Shown here: piece by piece, positions 27,272 to 36,204 of the stretch
Position numbering within the stretch: position 1 is the stretch's first letter
Layout: every line of letters starts with the position of its first letter
NCBI GenBank assembly: GCA_964291265.2
Contig: OZ219747.1
Coordinates: 1,056,001-1,120,000 of the forward strand
Length of the DNA stretch: 64,000 bases
Direction of reading: 5' to 3'
From: Alphaproteobacteria bacterium
Lineage (GTDB): Bacteria; Pseudomonadota; Alphaproteobacteria; SP197
Translations under genes and position numbers: made by a program
The notes under the pieces: model-generated
What the model saw: only the letters and a program-made list of their open reading frames with translations
The model's database searches: none
Told to the model about the DNA's origin: nothing

Positions 27272-28427
27272 GGCCGCGGACGCCGGCGATCGCTCCTCGC
27301 AGGAGCGCGACGAGCGCCTGGCGGAAGCCAAGGTCGAGGTGGCGCATGGCCATCGCGAGCCAGGCGCCGTCGGCGATGCCGCACACGACGGAGGCGACCA
27401 GCAGCAGGACGAACGGCAGCGGCGCCAGGCCCAGGGTGAAGGCCTCGGTGGCCGCCGGAATCAGCCAGGCGGGAGGTCCGTCCTCGACCGGCGCGGCAGT
27501 CTCGGCCGCCGACGGCAGCCCGTCGATCAGCTCGTCGACCCGGCCGTCGGGGATCGCGATGAAGAGCGCCATGGCGAGAAGGGCAAACACCACCCGGGAG
27601 TCGCCGTGGGCGCCGATGGGAATGGCGATGTCGGGGCGGCGGCGGCGGGCGAGGAAGGCGACCGCGGCAAACGCCGGCCAGGCGCCGGCGACGAGGAGCC
27701 AGGGCTGATCGATCGGCGGCGCGGCGATGAAGGAGACGGCGCCCATGGTCAGGACCGCCAGGGTGAGGACGAGGGAGCGGGTCCCGTGGGCCATGATGAG
27801 AGACGGGTCCGGGTGGACCTGCTCCAGCGGCGAGGCGAGGGCGGCCGGCGGCGCTGGCGAAGCGGATGGCGCCGGCGCCACCACGATCCGCCAGGAGCAG
27901 GCGCCAGGGAAGCGGACCGCCCGGGCGAACGCGGCGAGGGTGCGGAAGAACGGCAACTGCAGGTGGCGCATGGCCGCGCCGACCCAGGCGCCGTCGGCCA
28001 GGCCGCACAGGGCGGCGGCGATGAAGAGGAGAACGAACGAGGCGCCGGTGAGGATCAGCATCTGGACCGGCACGTCGAGGAGCGCCGGCGGGATGACGAG
28101 ACCCGCCGTGGCGGCGAGGGCGAGGACGAAGCGGGCGTCGCCGTGGGCGCCGAGCGGCACGACGGCGCCGCCGGCCGCCGTGCGGGACCATGTCCAGGCG
28201 AGGCAGGCGAGGCAGCCGTAGATGCCGGCGAGGACGATGCCTGGCAGCGCGGCGGCGGGAGTGTGCCAGGGCGGGTACGCCAGCGGATCGGTTGCCATGG
28301 CGGCCACCGCCATGACAAGAACGAGGCCGGTGACAAGGAGAGATCGGGCGCCGTGGGCGAGGATGAGAGACTGATCGCTGTGTATTCGCTCTTCATCGAG
28401 GCTCTGAGGGATGTCGAGGCGGGTCAC
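27252..28427 (-). CDS. Unknown polytopic membrane protein with two tandem repeat domains (copies 1 and 2)
   Basis: GTG 28427 overlaps the pilQ stop. Copy 1: AHGARS/PLGAHGDAR/GLADGAW. Copy 2: AHGTRS/PIGAHGDSR/GIADGAW. Confidence 0.75.
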   Translation of the reverse strand: MTRLDIPQSLDEERIHSDQSLILAHGARSLLVTGLVLVMAVAAMATDPLAYPPWHTPAAALPGIVLAGIYGCLACLAWTWSRTAAGGAVVPLGAHGDARFVLALAATAGLVIPPALLDVPVQMLILTGASFVLLFIAAALCGLADGAWVGAAMRHLQLPFFRTLAAFARAVRFPGACSWRIVVAPAPSASPAPPAALASPLEQVHPDPSLIMAHGTRSLVLTLAVLTMGAVSFIAAPPIDQPWLLVAGAWPAFAAVAFLARRRRPDIAIPIGAHGDSRVVFALLAMALFIAIPDGRVDELIDGLPSAAETAAPVEDGPPAWLIPAATEAFTLGLAPLPFVLLLVASVVCGIADGAWLAMAMRHLDLGFRQALVALLRGAIAGVRGPGRKSL

Positions 28428-30031
28428 GGTCCGGCCTCCCGGATGAGGCGCAGGCCCGGCGAGTCGTGCATGGCGTCGGCTTCCGGGATCTCGTCGGTGC
28501 GCGCGCCCTTGGCCAGGGCGTCGAGGGGATCGACGAGGCCGCGGGCGACGCTCCTCCAGATGCGCCGGGCGATGGGGACGCCGCCCATCTCCCCCGTCCA
28601 GTGCCGCCAGGCCGCGATGGGGTCGCGGCGGGCGACGTGGACGAGCCAGTCGGCGTCCGGGCGGATCATCTCCGCCACCACCTGCTGGCGCGTGTAGCCC
28701 GTCCAGGCCTGGCGGGCGATGGCGTTGGCGTCCGCGCGGCGGCAGGCGGCGCAGCCGGCGCGGTTGCGCCAGCGAGGCCGCGTGCCGAGGCGCTCGAGGT
28801 GGCGGGCGAGCCAGTCCGGCAGGGACCCCGCCGGCGGCTCGTGGAGGGCGCAGCCCTGGCAGAGCATGGGGAGCAGGGTCTGCTTCATGAGGAGCGCCAC
28901 GTTGCCTGGCTTGGTCAGGGTCGACGGCTCGACCCCCATGTCGAGCAGACGGAAGAGGATCGCGTTGGCGCTGTCGACGTGGATCGTCGTCCACACCTGG
29001 TGGCCCGTGTCGACGAACTGCAGGACCTGGCTCGCGGCGTCGTGGTCGCGGATCTCGGAGACCATGCCGGAGGCCGGGTGGACCCGGCAGAAGTGCATCA
29101 GCGCCCTCCTGAAGTGCATGGACCGCTCGTCCCCGGACCCCGATGTCGGCACGGCGATCTGCACGGCCCCGTCAATGCGGTACTCCACGGGGTCCTCCAG
29201 GGTGACGAGGTTGAGCTCGCCGCCGTGCTCGGCCTGCTGCAGGGCGAGGTTGACGGCAAGCGTCGTCGACTTGCCGTCGCCCGTGGAGCCGCCGAGGAAG
29301 ATGCCGCCCGAGAGCGACATCCTGACCTCGGCGAAGACCGCCGCCTCGGCCGCCTCGAACCCCAGCTTCTCCAGGGTCATGCCCGCTTCGAGCTGGTCGC
29401 GGTAGAAGAGGCGGCAGAACATGTGGTCGCCGCCCGGATCGTGCGGCCCCCTCTGGCAGCGCAGGCCGGAGACCGAGGGCGGCAGAGGCACCTCGCCGCC
29501 GGAGCGGATCGAGAACCCCTGGAACTCGCCCCGCTGGTAGGATGTCTGGGCCGAACCCTCGTCCTTGGCGTGGAAGAGATAGCCCATCAGCTGGCGGCCC
29601 TCCTCCCCGGGAATGGGATGGCCGAGCGCCAGCTTGGCGTCGTTGACGATGGCCGAGAGGCGGCACTCCACCCCGTCGTGCTCGAAGATGACGTCCGATG
29701 CCCGGGCCTGGGCGGCGTCGCGGAAGACCGCCGCGATCCTCCTCTTCAGATCCTCGTTCCCGGCCGTCGCCGGCCGGGCGAAGCGCCAGGCCCGGTCGAC
29801 GTCCTCGAGGGTGCCGGTCGTCTCCTGCAGGCGCTTCGGCACGCGGCCCTTGGCCTTGAGCTGACTGATGGCGCGGCGCAGCTCGGGATCGCTCTCGTAG
29901 CCCCGGGCGATGAGGCAGCGGCCGTCCGCCCGGATGGCGGCGATGCGATGCAGGCGGGCGTGGCCGGCGAGGAAGGGCACCGGGTGGTCCCCCTTCCCCT
30001 GGGGCGGCCGCTTGCGGAAGAGGTCGATCAT
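28424..30031 (-). CDS. pilQ: Type IV pilus assembly ATPase (PilQ/PilB/GspE family)
   Basis: Walker A GSTGDGKSTTL, TLEDPVEY, SEIRD, TGHQVWTTIH and two Cys pairs (CQGC, CAAC). ATGA overlap with pilP. Confidence 0.9.
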   Translation of the reverse strand: MIDLFRKRPPQGKGDHPVPFLAGHARLHRIAAIRADGRCLIARGYESDPELRRAISQLKAKGRVPKRLQETTGTLEDVDRAWRFARPATAGNEDLKRRIAAVFRDAAQARASDVIFEHDGVECRLSAIVNDAKLALGHPIPGEEGRQLMGYLFHAKDEGSAQTSYQRGEFQGFSIRSGGEVPLPPSVSGLRCQRGPHDPGGDHMFCRLFYRDQLEAGMTLEKLGFEAAEAAVFAEVRMSLSGGIFLGGSTGDGKSTTLAVNLALQQAEHGGELNLVTLEDPVEYRIDGAVQIAVPTSGSGDERSMHFRRALMHFCRVHPASGMVSEIRDHDAASQVLQFVDTGHQVWTTIHVDSANAILFRLLDMGVEPSTLTKPGNVALLMKQTLLPMLCQGCALHEPPAGSLPDWLARHLERLGTRPRWRNRAGCAACRRADANAIARQAWTGYTRQQVVAEMIRPDADWLVHVARRDPIAAWRHWTGEMGGVPIARRIWRSVARGLVDPLDALAKGARTDEIPEADAMHDSPGLRLIREAGP

Positions 30032-30849
30032 CCGCCGTCCCCGTTGCCGTGGGCGAGCGCCCAGTCGCCGGTCTCCGCGTGGCGCAGGCTCACTCCCGGC
30101 GGCTGCGCGGCGATGCGGATGACCTGCCAGCCGCCCGGCAGGTGATCGCCCTCGCGCACCCACCACACGCGGGCGCCGTCGGTCACCGCGGCGCGCATGT
30201 TCCCCGCCGTCCCCAGCATGGTCGACCAGGCGTAGGGCGGCGCCGGGTCCTCCTCCTCCTCGACCGCCTCCGGTTCGCTCTCCTGCAGGATGGTGGGCAG
30301 GGTCAGCTGCTCGAGGGCCTGGAGAGGAGGCGGCTCCGGGGCGATCACCGGGGATGTGTCGGCGGCCAGCGGCGCGGTGTCGGTCCCGGCCTCGCCGCGG
30401 GCCAGCACCGCCATCTGCAGCTCGGCCTCGAGGAGTGCGCCCACCAGCTGCTGGCGCTCCAGGCACAGGCGCAGCAGTTCGTCCTCCAGGGCCGCCGCCG
30501 CCAGGATGTCGTCCGGGGCCACGGCGGCGGCAAGGCGGGTTCTCAGGAAGTCGATGGCGCAGTCGGCCATCGGCGGGCCTTCCCCGGCGTCCGGGGCCGT
30601 CAGCATGGTGACGATGGCGGCGGTGGCCTCGTCGAGATCCGGCGCCGCCGGTTCCTGCGTCACCGGCTCTTCCTCAGGCTGAGCCGCGCCGATCACCGTC
30701 ACCTCCGCCTCCGCCGGTTCGTCCGGCGGCAACGGCAGGGGCAGCTGCTCCTCGGCGGCCAGCGGCGCGGCGAGGAGGGCGAGGACGAGGACCGCCGGCT
30801 TGATGACGCCCGCGGGCCGGGCGGCGGCATGGATGGCGGCGGCGGTCAC
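30028..30849 (-). CDS. pilP: Type IVb pilus biogenesis protein PilP-like
   Basis: Signal peptide, coiled region and C-terminal 'MLGTAGNMRAAV...VREGDHLPGGWQVIRI'. Position directly before the ATPase matches the R64 gene order. Confidence 0.7.
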   Translation of the reverse strand: MTAAAIHAAARPAGVIKPAVLVLALLAAPLAAEEQLPLPLPPDEPAEAEVTVIGAAQPEEEPVTQEPAAPDLDEATAAIVTMLTAPDAGEGPPMADCAIDFLRTRLAAAVAPDDILAAAALEDELLRLCLERQQLVGALLEAELQMAVLARGEAGTDTAPLAADTSPVIAPEPPPLQALEQLTLPTILQESEPEAVEEEEDPAPPYAWSTMLGTAGNMRAAVTDGARVWWVREGDHLPGGWQVIRIAAQPPGVSLRHAETGDWALAHGNGDGG

Positions 30850-30893
30850 CGGCTCATCCCGCGCCGGCCTCGTAGCCGGCGTGGGCCGCGAGG

Positions 30894-33334
30894 CAAAGGC
30901 ATTCGGATAAGTTTTTCCTGCGTTCGGATAAAAAAGTCCCCCGACTTCGGGTTTTGCCCGAAGCCGGGGGCCTGTCTGGCGGCTGGCGTTGGTGTCAGGC
31001 GGGTACCCGTTTCTGCCACTTGCTCCTTGGCTGCTTCGACTGCCGCACGTAGCTGCGCCCGGGCCTTTCGCGCTGGATGCAGCGCGAGAGCCCGGACATG
31101 ATCCGCCTGACGGACTGGACGACCATGGCGCTCTGTGCGAGGAACATGGCCTCGATCTCCTTGCCGACGAGGCGCAGGCTGTTGCGGAAGTTGGTGCGCA
31201 TGGCCGGCAGGTCGTCGCCGTCGTCGATGTCGTTGTCGCAGCGGTTCGCGAACTGGCGGGCGAGGGTGATGAGGACGAAGGCGGCGTAGAGTTCCTGGCG
31301 GACGCCGCGCCTGGACTTGGCGTGGAAGGCCTCGATCAGGAACTTGCCGGTCTTGTACATTTCCTCCACGCCCCAACGAGCATGATAGAGATCAGAGAGT
31401 GCGGGGACGGGATAGCGGCTGCCGTCGAGCAGGGAGGTCGCGATGTAGTACTCCGTGTCGGCATACCGGTACCTGACGAGGCGGACGCGCAGGGTCTTCG
31501 AGCGTAGCGCGGTCTCGTCCCTGGGGGCGTCGAGGGTGATGGTCCGGTCGTCCTCGCCGGAGGCGATGAAGGCGTCGAACACGGGGTTGGCGCCTTTCTG
31601 GATGCGGAACACGAAGTTGAGTTTGCGCTCCTGATGAGCGAGGGCCATGGCGAAGGAGTAGTAGCCCCGGTCGTAGACGATGACATCGCCTTCGGCAGCA
31701 TGGTCGAGGTGCACGAGGGCGGCTGCCCGCTCGTTCTCGTGGTCGAACAGGTCGAAGTCGATCGGGATGCGGTCATTGAGCCGGTAGAGTGTGCTGACCA
31801 TGCCCTGGGGGTAGTGGGCGCCGTCGCTCACACGATAGCCGTACTGTGCGAGTTCCCTGGGCAGGGTGATCTTCGAGCCGTCGACGGCGAGAGTCCTGTG
31901 ACCCTTCCACAGCGTGCACTCGGGACAGTGGGCGAGGATCTCCGCGTGCAGGCGCTTGAACGCGGCCTCGTCGAGCTTCTCCCGCGCCTCGCAGGCCGTC
32001 GATGCCGCCGGAGGCTCCGCCTGCGGCAGCTCGATGCCTGCGGCCTCGCAATGCTCCCAGAGTTCGCTGAGCGTGGTCCCGTAGCCTTGCCCGCGCGACG
32101 CGGCAACGAGGCGGAGCACGAACAGCATGATCAGCAGGCTGTTGAAGACCCGCCGACGTTTCTGCCAGCGCGCGTCCTCGCGTTCCGCAATCGCAACGGC
32201 GGCCGCAACAAGCGCCTCCCAGCGCTTCGAGAACCGCCGGTCGGCGATGGCGGACCGTCCCCGTTCAGCACGCGTCGCAGGCTTCTTCCTCGCCGCGCCG
32301 CTCTCCGAGCGCAGGATCTCGCGAGCACCCCGCTCAAGCGCCAGTACGTAGACCCCTTTGCGCGACTTGCCCCGGCCCGCGGTATCACCGATGCGTTGCC
32401 AGTTGGCCGCACGGTAGCACGAGGCCTTGAACCGGGTCTCGTCGACGAAGGTCTCGATGAGGACGGGACGCCAGCCGTGAAGACGCTCCCAGTCGTCGGC
32501 GAGGCGGCGCGTCGCCATGGCCAGGGCCGAGGACGCAAGGTTCTTCGAGACGACCCAGGGAAACACCAGGTACCTTGAATTGACCGTCATCAGGTGCCGC
32601 TTGCTGTCACGCCTGCGGTTCGTCCAGCCGATCCAGCGGTCCCGGCAGGGAAGTGTCTTCGTTGTCGCCTCGAACAGGATGCAGCCCAGCTTGCGCCCCT
32701 GCCTGTCGGTGACGAAGTAGCGGACATGCGCCCCGTAGGGGCGCTTGTAGCCGAGGTAATGATACCGGTCGACGAAGGCGTTCCACAGCTGCCGCCCCTC
32801 GGTGTCGGTGACGGGCTCGACGCGAAGCGGGCACAGTTCCGACAGCGGCGCCACGATCTCCGGCTGCGGGTCCGAGGCCGAGGTCCAGGCAGGGGGGCAG
32901 GTCATGTCGCGGACGTGGTCCTCGCGCAAGGGCGGCAAGGTCAGGATGCCGCAGCGCTCCAGGGTCTCCAGCATCCCGAGGCAGGCCCCGACCTTGTAGG
33001 CGCCCTTCGCCGTCTTCCAGTGCAGATGCTCGCAGATGGTCTTCGCCAGCTCGTTGCGGCTGTCATGGGGAAACATCTCCACGGTCTCCTGGGCATCCGC
33101 GATCTGCTGGCGGGTCAGGCGGCGGCCCGAGAAGGTGGTCGACGGCAGGGCGACGATTCGCTGGTCCATGAGTGCTTCCGCATCACCGATTCGGGGACAT
33201 CTTGCAAATCAGCGAATGCTTGTCAAGCAATGCGTGTGGAAAAACGTCCGAGAAAAGTAAAGTCCTTTATGTCAATGGGTTGACGGCGTAGGACAAGCCG
33301 CCGTTACATCGGCAGACATGCCCGAATACCATTG
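30894..33334 (-). mobile_element. IS4-family insertion sequence with 10-bp target-site duplication
   Basis: IRs CAAAGGCATTCGG (30894-30906) and CCGAATACCATTG (33322-33334). Flanking direct repeat GGCCGCGAGG at 30884-30893 and 33335-33344. Confidence 0.92.
30995..33169 (-). CDS. IS4 family transposase with N-terminal DUF4338 (DruA-like) domain
   Basis: N-terminal 'YHYLGY...RDRWIGW...NSRYLVFPWV..KNLAS...ETFVD..RF.ASCYRAANW'. DDE region 'LAVDGS', 'VYDRGY' and 'LYHARWGVEEMYK'. Confidence 0.88.
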   Translation of the reverse strand: MDQRIVALPSTTFSGRRLTRQQIADAQETVEMFPHDSRNELAKTICEHLHWKTAKGAYKVGACLGMLETLERCGILTLPPLREDHVRDMTCPPAWTSASDPQPEIVAPLSELCPLRVEPVTDTEGRQLWNAFVDRYHYLGYKRPYGAHVRYFVTDRQGRKLGCILFEATTKTLPCRDRWIGWTNRRRDSKRHLMTVNSRYLVFPWVVSKNLASSALAMATRRLADDWERLHGWRPVLIETFVDETRFKASCYRAANWQRIGDTAGRGKSRKGVYVLALERGAREILRSESGAARKKPATRAERGRSAIADRRFSKRWEALVAAAVAIAEREDARWQKRRRVFNSLLIMLFVLRLVAASRGQGYGTTLSELWEHCEAAGIELPQAEPPAASTACEAREKLDEAAFKRLHAEILAHCPECTLWKGHRTLAVDGSKITLPRELAQYGYRVSDGAHYPQGMVSTLYRLNDRIPIDFDLFDHENERAAALVHLDHAAEGDVIVYDRGYYSFAMALAHQERKLNFVFRIQKGANPVFDAFIASGEDDRTITLDAPRDETALRSKTLRVRLVRYRYADTEYYIATSLLDGSRYPVPALSDLYHARWGVEEMYKTGKFLIEAFHAKSRRGVRQELYAAFVLITLARQFANRCDNDIDDGDDLPAMRTNFRNSLRLVGKEIEAMFLAQSAMVVQSVRRIMSGLSRCIQRERPGRSYVRQSKQPRSKWQKRVPA

Positions 33335-34624
33335 GGCCGCGAGGTGGCGGCGCAGGAGGTCCCAGCGGTAGGCGGCGCGCGGGGCGATGCCGTCGACGGC
33401 GAGGACGAGGCGCCCGCGCGAGACCAGCCAGGAGCCGCCGACATCGTGGTTGACGCCGCGTACCGTGAGGGCGCCGCCCTCGGCGAAGCGGAAGATGGCG
33501 TCGCGGCCCATGTAGGGGAGGACGACATCGTCGTTCGCCGCCACCAGCCAGTCGGTCACGGCAAAGAGCGGATGGCGCTCGTCGGTGGCGAAGACCGGCA
33601 GGGCGTCGCCCGGGCGGTGGGCGTAGTCCCGGGTCGCCGGGAAGGTCTCCCAGTCCAGTTCGACACGGCGGGTGGCGGCATTCCACGCCAGGTGCCCGAT
33701 GTCGAGGATCTCGCCTGCCTCATCGACCGCCCACAGCTCGTCGCCCTCGGCGTGGAGCGCCAGGACGTACTCCCGGCCCAGGGCGTCGGTGACGATCGTG
33801 CCGTTGTTCTCCTTCAGCAGCGCGGCGAAGCGCAGCCGCGCCGCGTGCTCCGGATCGTCCGACAGCGCCGCTGTCGGTTCGGTCTCCTCGCCGGGGTGGT
33901 CGGCGCCGCGGAGCCGGTCGTGAATGTCGAACGGGCAGTGGGCCGGGAGTTCGGGGCGACCGGGAGCCTTGAAGCACCAATACCAGATGTCCCAGGGGTG
34001 CGCAGCGGCAACGCCGGTGTGGGTCGCCGGGAGCGACGTGTGGCGGTAGGGAGCATTCGGATCCTGGTCGAGGAGTTTCCAGATCGTCGGGTGGGTCTGC
34101 TTATTGTTGATGGGTACATGGTCCGGGATCGGCAGTTCCGGGCAGGCGTCCGCCATGAACCGCGGCCAGCTCTCCTGGACCCATCCGTCGGAGGAGAAAG
34201 ACCAGTAATCACCGCGTCCGGCGCGCCACTCCTCGACATGGAGACGCCCGGTGTCCGGGTTGTAGAACACCGGGGCGAGCGTGCCGTCGCGGTATTCCAC
34301 CGCTGCGGTCCAGCCCTCGCCTGATCGTGTGAACGGGCTGTGCGTCTGGTGAACTTCCGCCCGGTAGCGCCGCTTCTCACCCGTGCACTCCAGAATGTGA
34401 CCGTCCGGGTGGTGGTAGGTCGCGGAGGTAACGAGCCAGTGGCTCCAGTCTCCGGTCCATGCCTCGAACTGGATCGCAACCCGCCCGGCGAGGACCTCGC
34501 TGTAGAGTGCGGACGGCAGATGAGACCCCGGGTTCGGCGTGCGTTCGGCCACGCCGGTGGTCTTGCATCCGGCGAGGGCCATGAGGGCGGCGGCGAGCGG
34601 GGCGGCGAGAACGTGTCGAACCAT
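33272..34624 (-). CDS. Putative lipoprotein in the pilus operon; last 9 codons displaced by IS4
   Basis: AAGGAG RBS and lipobox 'ALAGC'. The original end (HAGYEAGAG-stop at 30854) lies beyond the IS. Confidence 0.7.
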   Translation of the reverse strand: MVRHVLAAPLAAALMALAGCKTTGVAERTPNPGSHLPSALYSEVLAGRVAIQFEAWTGDWSHWLVTSATYHHPDGHILECTGEKRRYRAEVHQTHSPFTRSGEGWTAAVEYRDGTLAPVFYNPDTGRLHVEEWRAGRGDYWSFSSDGWVQESWPRFMADACPELPIPDHVPINNKQTHPTIWKLLDQDPNAPYRHTSLPATHTGVAAAHPWDIWYWCFKAPGRPELPAHCPFDIHDRLRGADHPGEETEPTAALSDDPEHAARLRFAALLKENNGTIVTDALGREYVLALHAEGDELWAVDEAGEILDIGHLAWNAATRRVELDWETFPATRDYAHRPGDALPVFATDERHPLFAVTDWLVAANDDVVLPYMGRDAIFRFAEGGALTVRGVNHDVGGSWLVSRGRLVLAVDGIAPRAAYRWDLLRRHLAAQWYSGMSADVTAACPTPSTH

Positions 34625-34719
34625 GGTTTTTCTCCTTCGGGTTCCAGACGGCGGGATCACTATTTGTTCCCCTATTGTACCACCTTCCGGGAACCCCTCT
34701 TGGCGCGGGGTGTAAGCGG

Positions 34720-36204
34720 TCATCCGCGGCCCCGGTCGCTGTCGCCGCGGCCGATACCGCCGGCTGGCCCTTTGCCCCTGTCGCCTGGGCCCCCACCGCC
34801 GCCTCCCGTTGGGGAGTTGTTGACCGACCGGGCGTTGCGGAGGTCCTTGGCCGGCACCTGCCCCATGGTGTGGTAGTCGGCGCGGCCGTCGAAGTTGACG
34901 TCGATTCCCGAGTCCGGGTCGTTGCCGCCGCGGTCATTGCCGCCGTTGCCGCTGCTGGGGCAGCCGCCGCCCTTGTCGCGGTCGACGCACGGGGTCGGCG
35001 TGCGTGGCGGCGGTGGTGTCGGCGTCCGTGTCGGCGTCACGGTGGTCGTGTCGCCGCCGCCGCTGTTGCCGGTCGTCGTCACGCTCACCGTCACGACCGG
35101 TGGTGGAGGCGGCGGCGGTGGAGGCGGCGGCAGGCGGCAGCTGGTGGCGGTGGTGGTCCACGACCCGGTCGACACCAGGCGCGTCGTCGGCGCGGCGTCC
35201 CACGGCCACTGGCGGTTGAACCAGGTCAGCGTGCGCCTCTGGGTGCGGCTGCCGATGAACCCCGCCGCGCAGCCGACCGTGCGGCTGCTCGTGGTGGTGG
35301 AGGACCAGTCCCGCGGCACGGGCGGGGTCGGGTTCGGATCCGTCCAGCAGCTCGTCGAGACGAACTGCGGCGGCGTGCGCCAGGACTGGCCAGCGGCGGT
35401 GACGGCGCGCTGGCGCCGCCACACGGTCTCGCCGGTGAGGGTTCCCTGGTGCGGCGGTCCGGGCGTGAAGGTGCAGGGCTGGCGGAAGTGCACCCACTCC
35501 GTGTAGTCGGGCACGCAGTGATCGACGAGCAGGCGCCAGGCGCCGGGCACGGGGTTGCCGACGGCGGCGCCGCGGCCGTTGACCTCCTGGACGAGGTCGC
35601 GCACCCAGGCCTGGCCGGTGCCGTGGGTGGCGGCCGGGCAGGGCCGGTTCTGGCGCTCCGGCGTCAGCACCTGGCTGCGCACCGTGAGGGGATCGATCAC
35701 TTCTCCGGCCAGGGCGACGCGGCCCTCCGGCAGGGCGCCGGCCATGCAGGCCGGCAGGGTGACGCTGGCGCGGCCGAGGATGCCGCGGGCGGCGCCGGCC
35801 TCGAGCCAGTGGAGCGGCGGGACCGCGTCGTGGGTGCGCGCGGCCTCGATGTGGGGCGCGAGGCGGACCGCGCGCTGATCGGCGCCGACGCCCTTGAGGT
35901 CGGTGGCCGCGGCGAAGACGACGAGGACCTGGCCGCAGTAGAGCGCGCCGAGGCCGCGCTCCGTCCAGTCGGCCTGCCAGCCGGTGGCCGCGGGCGGCGT
36001 GGCGCCCGGCCACGCCGTCGGCGCGCTGGAGCGCAGGCGGATGTGATCCTCGAGGCGCTGCCAGGCGGCCTCGATGGTCTGCGCGTGGTTGAGGGCTTCA
36101 GCCGTGGCGGCCAGGGCTGTCGGCGCTCCTCCCAGGAAGCCTGCCAGGGCGGCGGCGAGGGCGGCGAGGCGGAGAGGCTTTGCGTAACCGTCAGGGGTCG
36201 GCAT
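34720..36204 (-). CDS. Exported Cys/Trp-repeat protein, candidate pilus-associated adhesin (PilV position/analogue)
   Basis: Signal peptide, three Cys...W...C repeats (e.g. 'SRTVGCAAGFIGSRTQRR...GSWTTTATSC'), a poly-Pro/Thr stalk and a Gly/Asn-rich tail. Confidence 0.6.
   Translation of the reverse strand: MPTPDGYAKPLRLAALAAALAGFLGGAPTALAATAEALNHAQTIEAAWQRLEDHIRLRSSAPTAWPGATPPAATGWQADWTERGLGALYCGQVLVVFAAATDLKGVGADQRAVRLAPHIEAARTHDAVPPLHWLEAGAARGILGRASVTLPACMAGALPEGRVALAGEVIDPLTVRSQVLTPERQNRPCPAATHGTGQAWVRDLVQEVNGRGAAVGNPVPGAWRLLVDHCVPDYTEWVHFRQPCTFTPGPPHQGTLTGETVWRRQRAVTAAGQSWRTPPQFVSTSCWTDPNPTPPVPRDWSSTTTSSRTVGCAAGFIGSRTQRRTLTWFNRQWPWDAAPTTRLVSTGSWTTTATSCRLPPPPPPPPPPPVVTVSVTTTGNSGGGDTTTVTPTRTPTPPPPRTPTPCVDRDKGGGCPSSGNGGNDRGGNDPDSGIDVNFDGRADYHTMGQVPAKDLRNARSVNNSPTGGGGGGPGDRGKGPAGGIGRGDSDRGRG

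Noticed and set aside
30995-33169. Druantia defence system
   Set aside because: Only a DruA-like domain fused to a transposase inside IS ends; no DruE helicase or other dru genes.
35100-35135. GGTGGAGGCGGCGGC short tandem repeat
   Set aside because: It encodes the poly-proline linker of the adhesin-like protein and is not a separate element.
15822-36204. Shufflon-type inversion system for the pilus adhesin
   Set aside because: No Rci-like tyrosine recombinase, inverted sfx-like repeats or inverted C-terminal cassettes were seen; the serine resolvase is distant and coupled to the RM gene.
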